Shown: piece after piece, positions 1 to 7,333 of the stretch
Numbering within the stretch: the stretch's first letter is position 1
Layout of the letters: each line of letters begins with the position of its first letter
DNA from: a virus
Lineage: Duplodnaviria > Heunggongvirae > Uroviricota > Caudoviricetes
Virus record (IMG/VR): IMGVR_UViG_2695420600_000001
Length of the DNA stretch: 9,127 nucleotides
Strand: one strand, 5' to 3'
The notes under the pieces: generated by a model
Databases searched by the model: none
What the model was told of the DNA's origin: nothing
What the model saw: the letters and a program-made list of their open reading frames with translations, nothing else
Program-made: the position numbers and the translations under genes

Positions 1-44
<44 letters not shown>

Positions 45-658
45 GCGAGATTTGAGACGAAGGTTGTTATTTGCACTGACACAATATTGTGTGGGAATGT
101 CTGACTCCTTACCATCTCCTGTTCTGTGATGTTGTTTTGTTGCAGTTCCAGTGCTCTTTTTTCAGCACCAGAATGGTGCATTGTCGGTCAGGTTACGTAG
201 TGAACCTCTGGCAGGGGACTGATGATTCATCATTCTGGTGTTGTAAATATCTCTTCGGACAACTTACAAAATATTCTAAGCAAACCCCGGGAACACACTC
301 TTAACTGCCTTGGCTGGCGGTTTTTTGTACAGCGCTCGGTATGTGTGAGCTGGAAATCAGATTTTGCATGGACTGGAATCATGCTGTTATTTAGGGGCGA
401 AGAACTGGCTTTTTCTTCCGCCTTCTCACCAGTAACGATTAGAAAAATAATGAAATGCCCCCCTCCGGGGAGGAGGACCGTAGAAAAAAGGACCCGCCAG
501 CAAAAACATTGGGGATGAACAGCTTTCGCTACTCAGATTGCTGGCGGGTAAAGTTCCTCATGAATTAAGAATGCTACGCGATCTTTTTTAATGGAAATGA
601 AAATTATTGTCAATTAGTCGTGCGTGTTTTTTCATACAATATTGGTAAAGGTGATTCA

Positions 659-692
659 GGCCATCAGAGTTTTGCTGATGGCCTTTTTTCTT
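659..692 (+). terminator. Rho-independent terminator: perfect 9-bp stem, 7-nt loop, T-tract
   Basis: GGCCATCAG (659-667), loop AGTTTTG (668-674), CTGATGGCC (675-683), then TTTTTTCTTT. It lies 32 nt upstream of the first holin ATG. Confidence 0.7.
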
Positions 693-724
693 TCCGATAG
701 CACAGGTCTGTCGGGGGGCGGGAT

Positions 725-940
725 ATGTATCAGATGGAAAAAATATCAACAGGCATTGCCTACGGCACCTCCGCCGGCAGTGCCGGCTACTGGTTTTTGC
801 AGTGGTTGGATCAGGTCAGTCCATCACAGTGGGCTGCGATTGGTGTGCTGGGAAGTCTGCTTCTGGGGCTTCTGACTTATCTGACAAATCTGTATTTCAA
901 AATAAGAGAAGACAAGCGTAAGGCTGCGAGAGGTGAATAA
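725..940 (+). CDS. Class II holin (phage 21 S-like pinholin), copy 1 with a divergent N-terminus (MYQMEK...)
   Basis: 71-aa ORF with a Gly/Ala/Ser-rich first transmembrane segment ([20 protein letters not shown]), a second hydrophobic segment and a charged C-terminal tail ([13 protein letters not shown]). From residue 10 onward it is identical to copy 2. ATG at 725 follows a G-rich stretch, and the stop overlaps an ATG at 940 (TAATG). Confidence 0.75.
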   Translation: MYQMEKISTGIAYGTSAGSAGYWFLQWLDQVSPSQWAAIGVLGSLLLGLLTYLTNLYFKIREDKRKAARGE

Positions 941-983
941 TGTCGCCATCATTACGCAAGGCTGTTGCAGCTGCTATTGGTGG
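752..983 (+). repeat. Direct repeat, copy A (232 bp), covering most of the holin gene plus the first 44 nt of the endolysin
   Basis: Identical to 1164-1395 except for one mismatch (971 C versus 1383 T); offset 412 bp. Identity ends abruptly at 983/984. Confidence 0.9.
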
Positions 984-1008
984 AATTTTAGGAAGGAGTG
1001 TCCGTTAA
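940..1008 (+). pseudogene. Truncated endolysin 5' remnant (first 15 codons of the SAR endolysin, then unrelated sequence and a stop)
   Basis: Encodes [15 protein letters not shown], matching the N-terminus of the intact endolysin at 1352, then diverges at 984 and terminates at TAA 1006-1008. Confidence 0.7.
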
Positions 1009-1136
1009 ACTCAGGCTACCTCAGTGCTTTCCTTACTGTATATATCGTTTCGCCCGCTTTTGCGTTTTTTTCTTTTCAAATCCCTTTCATTTCTCAGTGT
1101 AAAACTACGCCATCCGTTATTTGCGGAGGTGAGGCT

Positions 1137-1352
1137 ATGAAATCCATGGACAAAATTTCAACGGGCATTGCCTACGGCACCTCCGCCGGCAGTGCCGGCT
1201 ACTGGTTTTTGCAGTGGTTGGATCAGGTCAGTCCATCACAGTGGGCTGCGATTGGTGTGCTGGGAAGTCTGCTTCTGGGGCTTCTGACTTATCTGACAAA
1301 TCTGTATTTCAAAATAAGAGAAGACAAGCGTAAGGCTGCGAGAGGTGAATAA
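1137..1352 (+). CDS. S: Class II holin (phage 21 S-like pinholin/antiholin with MKSM dual-start motif), copy 2
   Basis: ATG at 1137 is preceded by GGAGGTGAGG. The 71-aa product [26 protein letters not shown]... matches the phage 21 S protein as I recall it. Its stop overlaps the endolysin ATG (TAATG at 1350-1354). The ORF-track entry 933-1352 is an upstream extension from a GTG codon and is not used here. Confidence 0.9.
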   Translation: MKSMDKISTGIAYGTSAGSAGYWFLQWLDQVSPSQWAAIGVLGSLLLGLLTYLTNLYFKIREDKRKAARGE

Positions 1353-1395
1353 TGTCGCCATCATTACGCAAGGCTGTTGCAGTTGCTATTGGTGG
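1164..1395 (+). repeat. Direct repeat, copy B (232 bp)
   Basis: Partner of 752-983; one mismatch. Confidence 0.9.
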
Positions 1396-1849
1396 CGGGG
1401 CTGTTGCTATAGCATCTGTGTTAATCACTGGCCCAGGTGGTAACGATGGTCTGGAAGGTGTCAGCTACATACCATACAAAGATATCATTGGTGTATGGAC
1501 TGTATGTCACGGACACACCGGAAAAGACATCATGCTCGGTAAAACGTATACCGAAGCAGAATGCAAAGCCCTCCTGAATAAAGACCTTGCCACTGTCGCC
1601 AGACAAATTAACCCGTACATCAAAGTCGATATACCGGAAACAACGCGCGGCGCTCTTTACTCGTTCGTTTACAACGTGGGCGCTGGCAATTTCAGAACAT
1701 CGACGCTTCTTCGCAAAATAAACCAGGGCTATATCAAAGGCGCATGTGACCAGCTACGTCGCTGGACATATGCTGGCGGTAAGCAATGGAAAGGGCTGAT
1801 GACCCGTCGTGAGATTGAGCGTGAAGTCTGTTTGTGGGGGAAACAATGA
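1352..1849 (+). CDS. R: SAR endolysin (phage 21 R-like lysozyme with an N-terminal signal-anchor-release domain)
   Basis: 165 aa. The N-terminus is weakly hydrophobic and Gly/Ala-rich ([20 protein letters not shown]). A lysozyme-type catalytic region follows (GLEGVSY...[16 protein letters not shown]), with Glu, Asp and Thr in the expected spacing. Start overlaps the holin stop; stop overlaps the Rz start (ATGA). Confidence 0.9.
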   Translation: MSPSLRKAVAVAIGGGAVAIASVLITGPGGNDGLEGVSYIPYKDIIGVWTVCHGHTGKDIMLGKTYTEAECKALLNKDLATVARQINPYIKVDIPETTRGALYSFVYNVGAGNFRTSTLLRKINQGYIKGACDQLRRWTYAGGKQWKGLMTRREIEREVCLWGKQ

Positions 1850-2316
1850 GCAGAGTAACCGCGATTATCTCCGCTCTGGTTATCTGCATCATCGTCCGCC
1901 TGTCATGGGCTGTTAATCATTACCGTGATAACGCCATTACCTACAAAGAGCAGCGCGACAAAAACGCAAGAGAACTGAAGCTGGCGAACGCAACCATTAC
2001 TGACATGCAGCAGCGCCAGCGTGATGCTGATGCACTCGATGCTAAATACACGAAGGAGTTAGCTGATGCGAAAGCTGAAAATGATGCTCTTCGGCGCAAG
2101 CTTGATAATGGTGGTCGGGTGCTCGTCAAAGGAAAATGCCCTGTGCCATCCTCAGCCGAAACCTCCAGCGCCTCCGGCATGGGCAATGATGCCACCGTCG
2201 AACTCTCTCCAGTTGCTGGACGAAACGTTCTCGGTATCCGGGACGGAATCATCAGCGACCAGACAGCATTGAGAATGCTTCAGGAGTACATCAGGATCCA
2301 ATGCCTTGGGGGGTAG
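1846..2316 (+). CDS. Rz: Rz inner-membrane spanin (i-spanin)
   Basis: [17 protein letters not shown]... N-terminal transmembrane segment followed by a coiled-coil-like region; strongly similar to lambda Rz from memory. ATG at 1846 overlaps the endolysin stop; the ORF track's 1834 start is an upstream GTG. Confidence 0.85.
   Translation: MSRVTAIISALVICIIVRLSWAVNHYRDNAITYKEQRDKNARELKLANATITDMQQRQRDADALDAKYTKELADAKAENDALRRKLDNGGRVLVKGKCPVPSSAETSSASGMGNDATVELSPVAGRNVLGIRDGIISDQTALRMLQEYIRIQCLGG
2066..2272 (+). CDS. Rz1: Rz1 outer-membrane lipoprotein spanin (o-spanin), embedded in Rz in the +1 frame
   Basis: 68 aa with signal peptide and lipobox (LIMVVGC) followed by a proline-rich segment ([12 protein letters not shown]), entirely inside the Rz reading frame, which is the classic embedded arrangement. 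Confidence 0.8.
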   Translation: MRKLKMMLFGASLIMVVGCSSKENALCHPQPKPPAPPAWAMMPPSNSLQLLDETFSVSGTESSATRQH

Positions 2317-2404
2317 CGGTAATTTTACTCATTATCCTTCAAATCAGATTCTGTTGTCAGAGGAATGGGGGAAGCTGGATTCGCAAGAGCTTTTTATGGG
2401 CAGT

Positions 2405-2917
2405 TTAGCTAAAAAAAGGCAACACGAAGCTAAAACTACCAACATAAAGTGCTGACCAGCTAGCAGCTGAAATCAGACTCACTGTATACACTTTCACTGG
2501 ATGAAGTTGCAACATTCCTGCCACCAAAGGAGCAATATAACGCAGCACGGCGATAAAGCGCGAAGTGAAAAGTATTGACACAGAGTTATTTTGCAACTGA
2601 AGGCGAACCCGTTCTATTGTATTGGAACGGCTTGATATTATACATGCAAGTTGAGGGATATGCCCAATTATTATACCAAGATGGTAATTAACGATAGTAC
2701 CGCACCATGCGCCACTCATGACCGTGATTCCAGCTTCCCATGGTGAAAGAGTCGTCTTGCTGACTGTAATTACAGTGGCCATCATAATTGATGCTGGTGG
2801 CAATATCGCCGAAATGAGTAAAGTGGATTTTGTGAACGCTATTATAAAAAGAAGCCCCCATAGGCGATATGGATGAAGTACAAAATAGTTCATCAAAGCA
2901 TTTATCCACTCCATCAA
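2405..2917 (-). CDS. DedA/YqaA-family integral membrane protein (putative moron)
   Basis: Minus-strand ORF of about 170 aa with several hydrophobic segments. Segments LISAILPPASIMMATVIT...LSPWEAGITVMSGAWCGTIVNYHLG and RFIAVLRYIAPLVAG resemble the conserved core of E. coli YqaA/YqjA as I recall them. The region is AT-rich compared with its neighbours and is transcribed opposite to the late operon. Start is TTG at 2917 or ATG at 2914, with AAGGA upstream. Confidence 0.6.
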   Translation of the reverse strand: MMEWINALMNYFVLHPYRLWGLLFIIAFTKSTLLISAILPPASIMMATVITVSKTTLSPWEAGITVMSGAWCGTIVNYHLGIIIGHIPQLACIISSRSNTIERVRLQLQNNSVSILFTSRFIAVLRYIAPLVAGMLQLHPVKVYTVSLISAASWSALYVGSFSFVLPFFS

Positions 2918-3000
2918 TGTCTTTCCTTCTGTGAATTTTTCTTTGCTATTTAACCGTGATACGACTTAATTTAGGCTTAAACACCTTACATTTACAAGGT

Positions 3001-3039
3001 ACTCCTGTGGGGGGCCCTGCCACGGAGCGTCGCAGGAGT
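3001..3039. other. Inverted repeat (ACTCCTG ... CAGGAGT) flanking a GC-rich 25-bp spacer, 70 bp upstream of terS
   Basis: 7-bp perfect arms at 3001-3007 and 3033-3039; spacer TGGGGGGCCCTGCCACGGAGCGTCG is locally GC-rich in an otherwise AT-rich intergenic region. Function unknown. Confidence 0.3.
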
Positions 3040-3111
3040 GAGTGATGAGGAAGAATTAAAGCAACCTATTGTGACAGGCAGCGATAACAGTAAATCACAG
3101 GAAGCATAATC

Positions 3112-3876
3112 ATGGCAAAACCGGACTGGGAGGCCATCGAATCGGCATACCGGGCCGGAGTCCTTAGCCTCCGTGATATAGGCGAGAAATACGGCGTTAC
3201 AGAAGGGGCTATCAGGAAGAGGGCCAAAAAGCTTGGTTGGGCACGCAGTGGCGGTACGCAGGTTTGCAAAAATGGTACGCAAAAAAGGAAAGTGCGTACC
3301 AGCAGAAAGCCTGCCATTACTGGCCTTACACAAAAAAGTACGCAACTAAAAACAGAATCTACACCGGATACGAAACCGATACGCGGAATGCGTACCGATC
3401 CCCCGACTAACCCATTCCAACCCGGTAACCAGCAGGCATTAAAACACGGTGGTTATGCCCGTCGCCTTCTGCTCAAAGATGAGGTGATAGAGGACGCTAA
3501 AGCGTTGACGCTCGAGGACGAATTATTTCGCCTTCGTGCTAACAACCTTGTCGCTGCAGAGAATATTGGTCGGTGGTTGGTGTCGCTGGAAGATGCTAAT
3601 GGGGACCAGGAAAGGAAGATGCTGATTGAAAATATCAGCGCCGCCGAGAAAGCAATGATGCGCAATACAGTTCGTATTGAGTCCATCGTTGGCACGCTTG
3701 CGACGGTAGGAAAAATATTTGCTGATACAGCCTACCGCAAGGCCGCCACTGATAAGGTGTCTCTGGAGGCTGATCGTCTTCGCCGTGATGCAGGTATTGA
3801 TGATGGCAATGGAGAGCGTGACCTCAATGACTTCTACTCTGACATCCAAACCGACGCTGAATCCGGCTTTACGTAG
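3112..3876 (+). CDS. Terminase small subunit (TerS) with an N-terminal helix-turn-helix
   Basis: 254 aa. The N-terminus (LSLRDIGEKYGVTEGAIRKRAKKLGW) looks like a helix-turn-helix DNA-binding motif, followed by a basic linker; it sits immediately upstream of terL. ATG at 3112 is preceded by AGGAAG. Confidence 0.7.
   Translation: MAKPDWEAIESAYRAGVLSLRDIGEKYGVTEGAIRKRAKKLGWARSGGTQVCKNGTQKRKVRTSRKPAITGLTQKSTQLKTESTPDTKPIRGMRTDPPTNPFQPGNQQALKHGGYARRLLLKDEVIEDAKALTLEDELFRLRANNLVAAENIGRWLVSLEDANGDQERKMLIENISAAEKAMMRNTVRIESIVGTLATVGKIFADTAYRKAATDKVSLEADRLRRDAGIDDGNGERDLNDFYSDIQTDAESGFT
3253..3396. repeat. Cluster of GGTACGCA octamers in both orientations inside terS; candidate pac site
   Basis: Perfect GGTACGCA at 3253-3260 (+) and 3274-3281 (+); reverse complement TGCGTACC at 3293-3300 and 3389-3396; 7/8 match AGTACGCA at 3337-3344. 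A-tracts flank several copies. Confidence 0.45.
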
Positions 3877-5230
3877 TTTCTGGACTATGCGGGCACGTAA
3901 CAAAGTGCTTTATGGTGGTCGGTCATCGTCAAAATCATGGGATGCCGCTGGCATTGCCATATTTCTGTCGAATAAATACACCCTGCGTTTTTGTTGTGCC
4001 CGTCAGATCCAGAATAAAATCGAAGAGTCGGTGTATACCCTGCTCAAAATTCAGATAGACAGGTTTGGTCTGCGGCACCGTTTCCGTATTCTGAACAACA
4101 AAATCATTAACCGGGTTACTGGCTCGGAATTTGTTTTTTATGGATTATGGCGCAACATCGAAGAAATTAAGTCACTGGAGGGGATCGATGTGTTGTGGCT
4201 GGAAGAAGCCCACGCACTGACGGAATACCAGTGGAAAATTCTGGAGCCAACGATCCGTAAAGAGGGTTCGGAATGCTGGTTCATATTCAACCCCGGACTT
4301 GTTACTGATTTCGTCTGGCGCAACTTCGTTGTTGATCCGCCCGAAGGCACTCTCATCCGCAAAATTAACTATGACGAAAATCCGTTTCTGTCTGACACCA
4401 TGCTTAAGGTTATCGACGCGGCGCGACGCCGTGATCCGGATGGTTTTAAACATGTGTATGAGGGCGTTCCGGAGTCTGATGATGATGCGGCAATCATCAA
4501 ACTGTCTTGGATAGAAGCCGCAGTGGATGCGCACAAAACGTTAAATTTCGAACCCAGTGGAAGAAAGCGTATTGGCTTTGACGTGGCTGACAGTGGTACA
4601 GATAAGTGCGCTAACGTTTACCGTCACGGATCCGTTGTTTTCTGGGCCGACGAATGGAAGGCCAAAGAAGATGAATTACTGAAGAGCTGCCAGCGTACTT
4701 ATCAGGCGGCGCTGGAGCGTGAAGCAGATATTGTTTACGACTCTATCGGTGTTGGTGCGTCTGCCGGTGCTAAATTCTCTGAAATTAACGCTGACCGGAA
4801 GAGCGAGAACGCATACGCGCGACGTGTGAATTACCAGAGGTTTAACGCCGGTGCTGGTGTGCATGAGCCAGATGACGAGTACAACGGCATCCCCAACAAA
4901 GACTTTTTCGCAAATCTTAAGGCTCAGGCATGGTGGCTGGTGGCTGACCGTTTCAGAAATACGTTTAACGCCATTAACAACGGAGAACAGTATCCTGTGG
5001 ATGAGCTGATCAGCATAGATTCTCGTTGTCCGTTGCTTGAAAAGCTGAAACTGGAACTGACAACACCTCATCGTGATTTCGACCGTAACGGACGTGTGAT
5101 GGTCGAAAGTAAAAAAGACCTCGCAAAACGCGAGATACCGTCACCAAACGTTGCTGATGCATTCATTATGGCCTTCGCGCCAATCGATACATCGCTGGAT
5201 ATCTGGGAACAGCTGGGGAGACAGGCCTGA
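3827..5230 (+). CDS. Terminase large subunit (TerL), PBSX-type
   Basis: Walker A motif VLYGGRSSSKS near the N-terminus, then a continuous 1.4-kb ORF with ATPase and nuclease-like regions. Start is uncertain: ATG 3827 (overlaps terS by 50 nt) or ATG 3887; the ORF-track start at 3719 is a TTG. Stop overlaps the portal ATG (ATGA at 5228-5232). Confidence 0.85.
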   Translation: MTSTLTSKPTLNPALRSFWTMRARNKVLYGGRSSSKSWDAAGIAIFLSNKYTLRFCCARQIQNKIEESVYTLLKIQIDRFGLRHRFRILNNKIINRVTGSEFVFYGLWRNIEEIKSLEGIDVLWLEEAHALTEYQWKILEPTIRKEGSECWFIFNPGLVTDFVWRNFVVDPPEGTLIRKINYDENPFLSDTMLKVIDAARRRDPDGFKHVYEGVPESDDDAAIIKLSWIEAAVDAHKTLNFEPSGRKRIGFDVADSGTDKCANVYRHGSVVFWADEWKAKEDELLKSCQRTYQAALEREADIVYDSIGVGASAGAKFSEINADRKSENAYARRVNYQRFNAGAGVHEPDDEYNGIPNKDFFANLKAQAWWLVADRFRNTFNAINNGEQYPVDELISIDSRCPLLEKLKLELTTPHRDFDRNGRVMVESKKDLAKREIPSPNVADAFIMAFAPIDTSLDIWEQLGRQA

Positions 5231-6696
5231 TGGCACGAAACAAACAAGCCCTGCGGCGAACTGTGCAGGCCACAGCTGATGGTTATGAGAATTTTATTGC
5301 CCGCGTAGGGATGCAGACACCTAACCAGCACTCAGCATCCACCTACCGGGCTAATTTCACCAGTCGTAACCGCATGCTGGTGGAATGGTCCTATCGTTCA
5401 TCCTAGATCATCGGCGAAGCAGTCGATGCTATCCCGGATGATATGACCCGCAAAGGCATTCGCATCACTTCGGAAATTGATGCAAAAGATCGTGGCATTC
5501 TCGAATCACAACTGGATGAGTTGCAAATCTGGGATGCGCTGAATGACGTGCTGAAATGGTCGCGCCTCTACGGCGGCGCGGTGGGTTTCATCATGATTGA
5601 GGGGTAGGCACCAATGACCCCGCTGCGACCCGAAACCATCGGTAAGGGCAAGTTTAAGGGGATTCTCCCGCTCGACCGCTGGATGGTCGACCCGGCACTG
5701 ACCCGCCGCATTAAAGATATGGGGCCGGACCTGGGTAAACCTGAGTTTTACGATGTGGTGACCACAGCAACGGGAATTCCTGCCTGGCGCATTCATCACA
5801 GTCGCCTGATTCGCTTTGATGGCGTCACGTTGCCATTTCAGCAGAAGATGACCGAGAACGAATGGGGAATGTCGGTTGTAGAGCGTATCTGGGATCGTCT
5901 TACCGCGTTCGACAGCGCTACTGTCGGCGCGGCGCAGCTGGTCTACAAGGCGCATTTGCGTACCTACAGCGTGGAGAAGCTACGCGAGCTTATCGCACTT
6001 GGTGGTCCTGCGTATGAAGCGTTGCTGAAGAATATCGACCTGATTCGACAGTTCCAGAGTAATGAAGGCATGACGCTCATGGACTCGCGGGATAAGTTTG
6101 AAACCCATCAGTACAGCTTCAGTGGTCTGGATGACATCCTTTCGCAGTTTGTAGAACAGATTAGTGGCGCTGTTGGTATCCCACTGGTGCGGTTGTTCGG
6201 ACAGTCCCCGAAAGGATTTTCTACCGGTGATGCAGACCTTGCCAACTATTACGATCGCATCAGTTCGTTGCAGGAGAGGCGTTTACGTCTTCCGGTGCGG
6301 CGGATACTGGACATCATGCATCGTTCGGAACTTGGCAAGCCGCTGCCGGACGATTTCACGTTTGAGTTTAACCCGCTCTGGCAAATGTCTGATGTCGATC
6401 GCTCAACGGTGGCGTTAAACACCACCAACGCAATCAGTACGGCGCTGGGTGATGGTCTGATGACACTGAAAGCCGCTATGACTGATTTGCGAGAAAATTC
6501 TGACGTAACCGGCATCGGGGCATCCATTACCGACGAGGACATCGAGAATGCCGAAGATGAAGCGCCGCCCGGCATCGGCGAACCTGATGACGAACCGCAG
6601 GAGCCGTCAGGCGGAAATCCGGTATCGAACCAGCCTACGCAGGATAGCGAGGGCGGTCGGAGACATCGTAAATGGTCGCTACGATGGTTCAAATGA
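5230..6696 (+). pseudogene. Portal protein gene interrupted by two in-frame TAG (amber) codons
   Basis: A single reading frame from ATG 5230 to TGA 6694-6696 translates as MARNKQALRR...VEWSYRSS*IIGEAVDAIPDD...FIMIEG*APMTPLRPETIGKGK..., coding-like throughout. The only interruptions are TAG at 5404-5406 and TAG at 5605-5607, with no frameshift. Position after terL, the size (about 488 codons) and an acidic C-terminus fit a portal. Confidence 0.7.
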
Positions 6697-7330
6697 CAGT
6701 ATCACGGAAATTATTGCGGCGCTGGAGCGTTACAGTGAAATCATCACCCCCTGGGCGACAAAGGTCGCGGAAAACTTTACTGCGGACCTAACCCGGCAGA
6801 ACGAGAAAGTTTGGCGGCAACACAGCAAGAACATCAGTCGCGAGCTCCGCAATCTTGTGGAAAGCGCTCCTGTGGGCCAGGTGATGCAATCCATCATCGC
6901 CGAACAGGTCAAGTACATCAAATCTCTGCCTCTCGAGGCCGCAGACAGGGTGTACGACATCCAGAACAAAGCGATAGAGGCTGTTGTCACCGGTGGTCGG
7001 GCGGAGCAGTTTGCTAAAGAGATTGCATCTACCGGCGATGTTGCTAAGTCTAGGGCCGATCTGATTGCCCGAACGGAACTGGGAAGAGCAACGGGCGCGC
7101 TGGATATGGCCCGAGCGATAGCTATTGGCTCGGATGGTTATATTTGGCGTACAGCCGATGATGGCGATGTCCGAGATTCCCACGATCACATGAAAGGTAA
7201 ATTCGTCCGCTGGGATTCACCTCCAACTTTGGACGGCATGACCGGCCACGCGGGCGAGCTGCCAAACTGCCGCTGCTATAAAGAGATCGTGTTTGTTCGC
7301 GTTCCATTCGCAATGAAAAGGGCAGCATAA
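6548..7330 (+). CDS. Head morphogenesis protein (phage Mu F-like / SPP1 gp7-like minor head protein)
   Basis: 260-aa ORF directly after the portal; the segment ADLIARTELGRATGALDMARAIAIG...RDSHDHMKGKFVRWD resembles the Mu F-like domain. Start is uncertain (ATG 6548 with GAGGA upstream, or 6557/6587); any of these overlaps the portal 3' end by more than 100 nt. Confidence 0.7.
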   Translation: MPKMKRRPASANLMTNRRSRQAEIRYRTSLRRIARAVGDIVNGRYDGSNDSITEIIAALERYSEIITPWATKVAENFTADLTRQNEKVWRQHSKNISRELRNLVESAPVGQVMQSIIAEQVKYIKSLPLEAADRVYDIQNKAIEAVVTGGRAEQFAKEIASTGDVAKSRADLIARTELGRATGALDMARAIAIGSDGYIWRTADDGDVRDSHDHMKGKFVRWDSPPTLDGMTGHAGELPNCRCYKEIVFVRVPFAMKRAA

Positions 7331-7333
7331 CCC

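Noticed and set aside
89-518. Small + strand ORFs 89-304 and 222-518 between the tRNA and the holin
   Set aside because: No convincing ribosome-binding site, odd Cys- and His-rich composition and no recognisable family (89-304 begins at a GTG); not supportable as genes from sequence alone.
607-640. Promoter-like hexamers TTGTCA and TACAAT upstream of the terminator
   Set aside because: The spacer is 22 bp, far from the 17-bp optimum, and the resulting transcript would be only a few tens of nucleotides.
933-1352. 139-aa ORF from the ORF track spanning the inter-repeat spacer and holin copy 2
   Set aside because: It is an upstream extension from a GTG codon in the holin frame. The real start is ATG 1137 with a strong ribosome-binding site, giving the canonical 71-aa holin.
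2370-2395. Weak hairpin (AAGCT ... AGCTT followed by TTT) after Rz
   Set aside because: 5-bp AT-rich stem with an 11-nt loop; too weak to call a terminator.
2688-2909. 73-aa minus-strand ORF overlapping the DedA-like gene in another frame
   Set aside because: Fully contained within the longer membrane-protein ORF, with no independent support.
3719-3826. TerL start at the ORF-track position 3719
   Set aside because: That codon is TTG and would overlap terS by 158 nt; ATG 3827 or 3887 are more plausible starts.
5404-5607. Stop-codon reassignment (TAG read as sense) to explain the portal ambers
   Set aside because: TAG is the terminator of Rz (2314-2316) and terS (3874-3876) in this same window, and this kind of recoding is not known in lambdoid enterobacterial phages.
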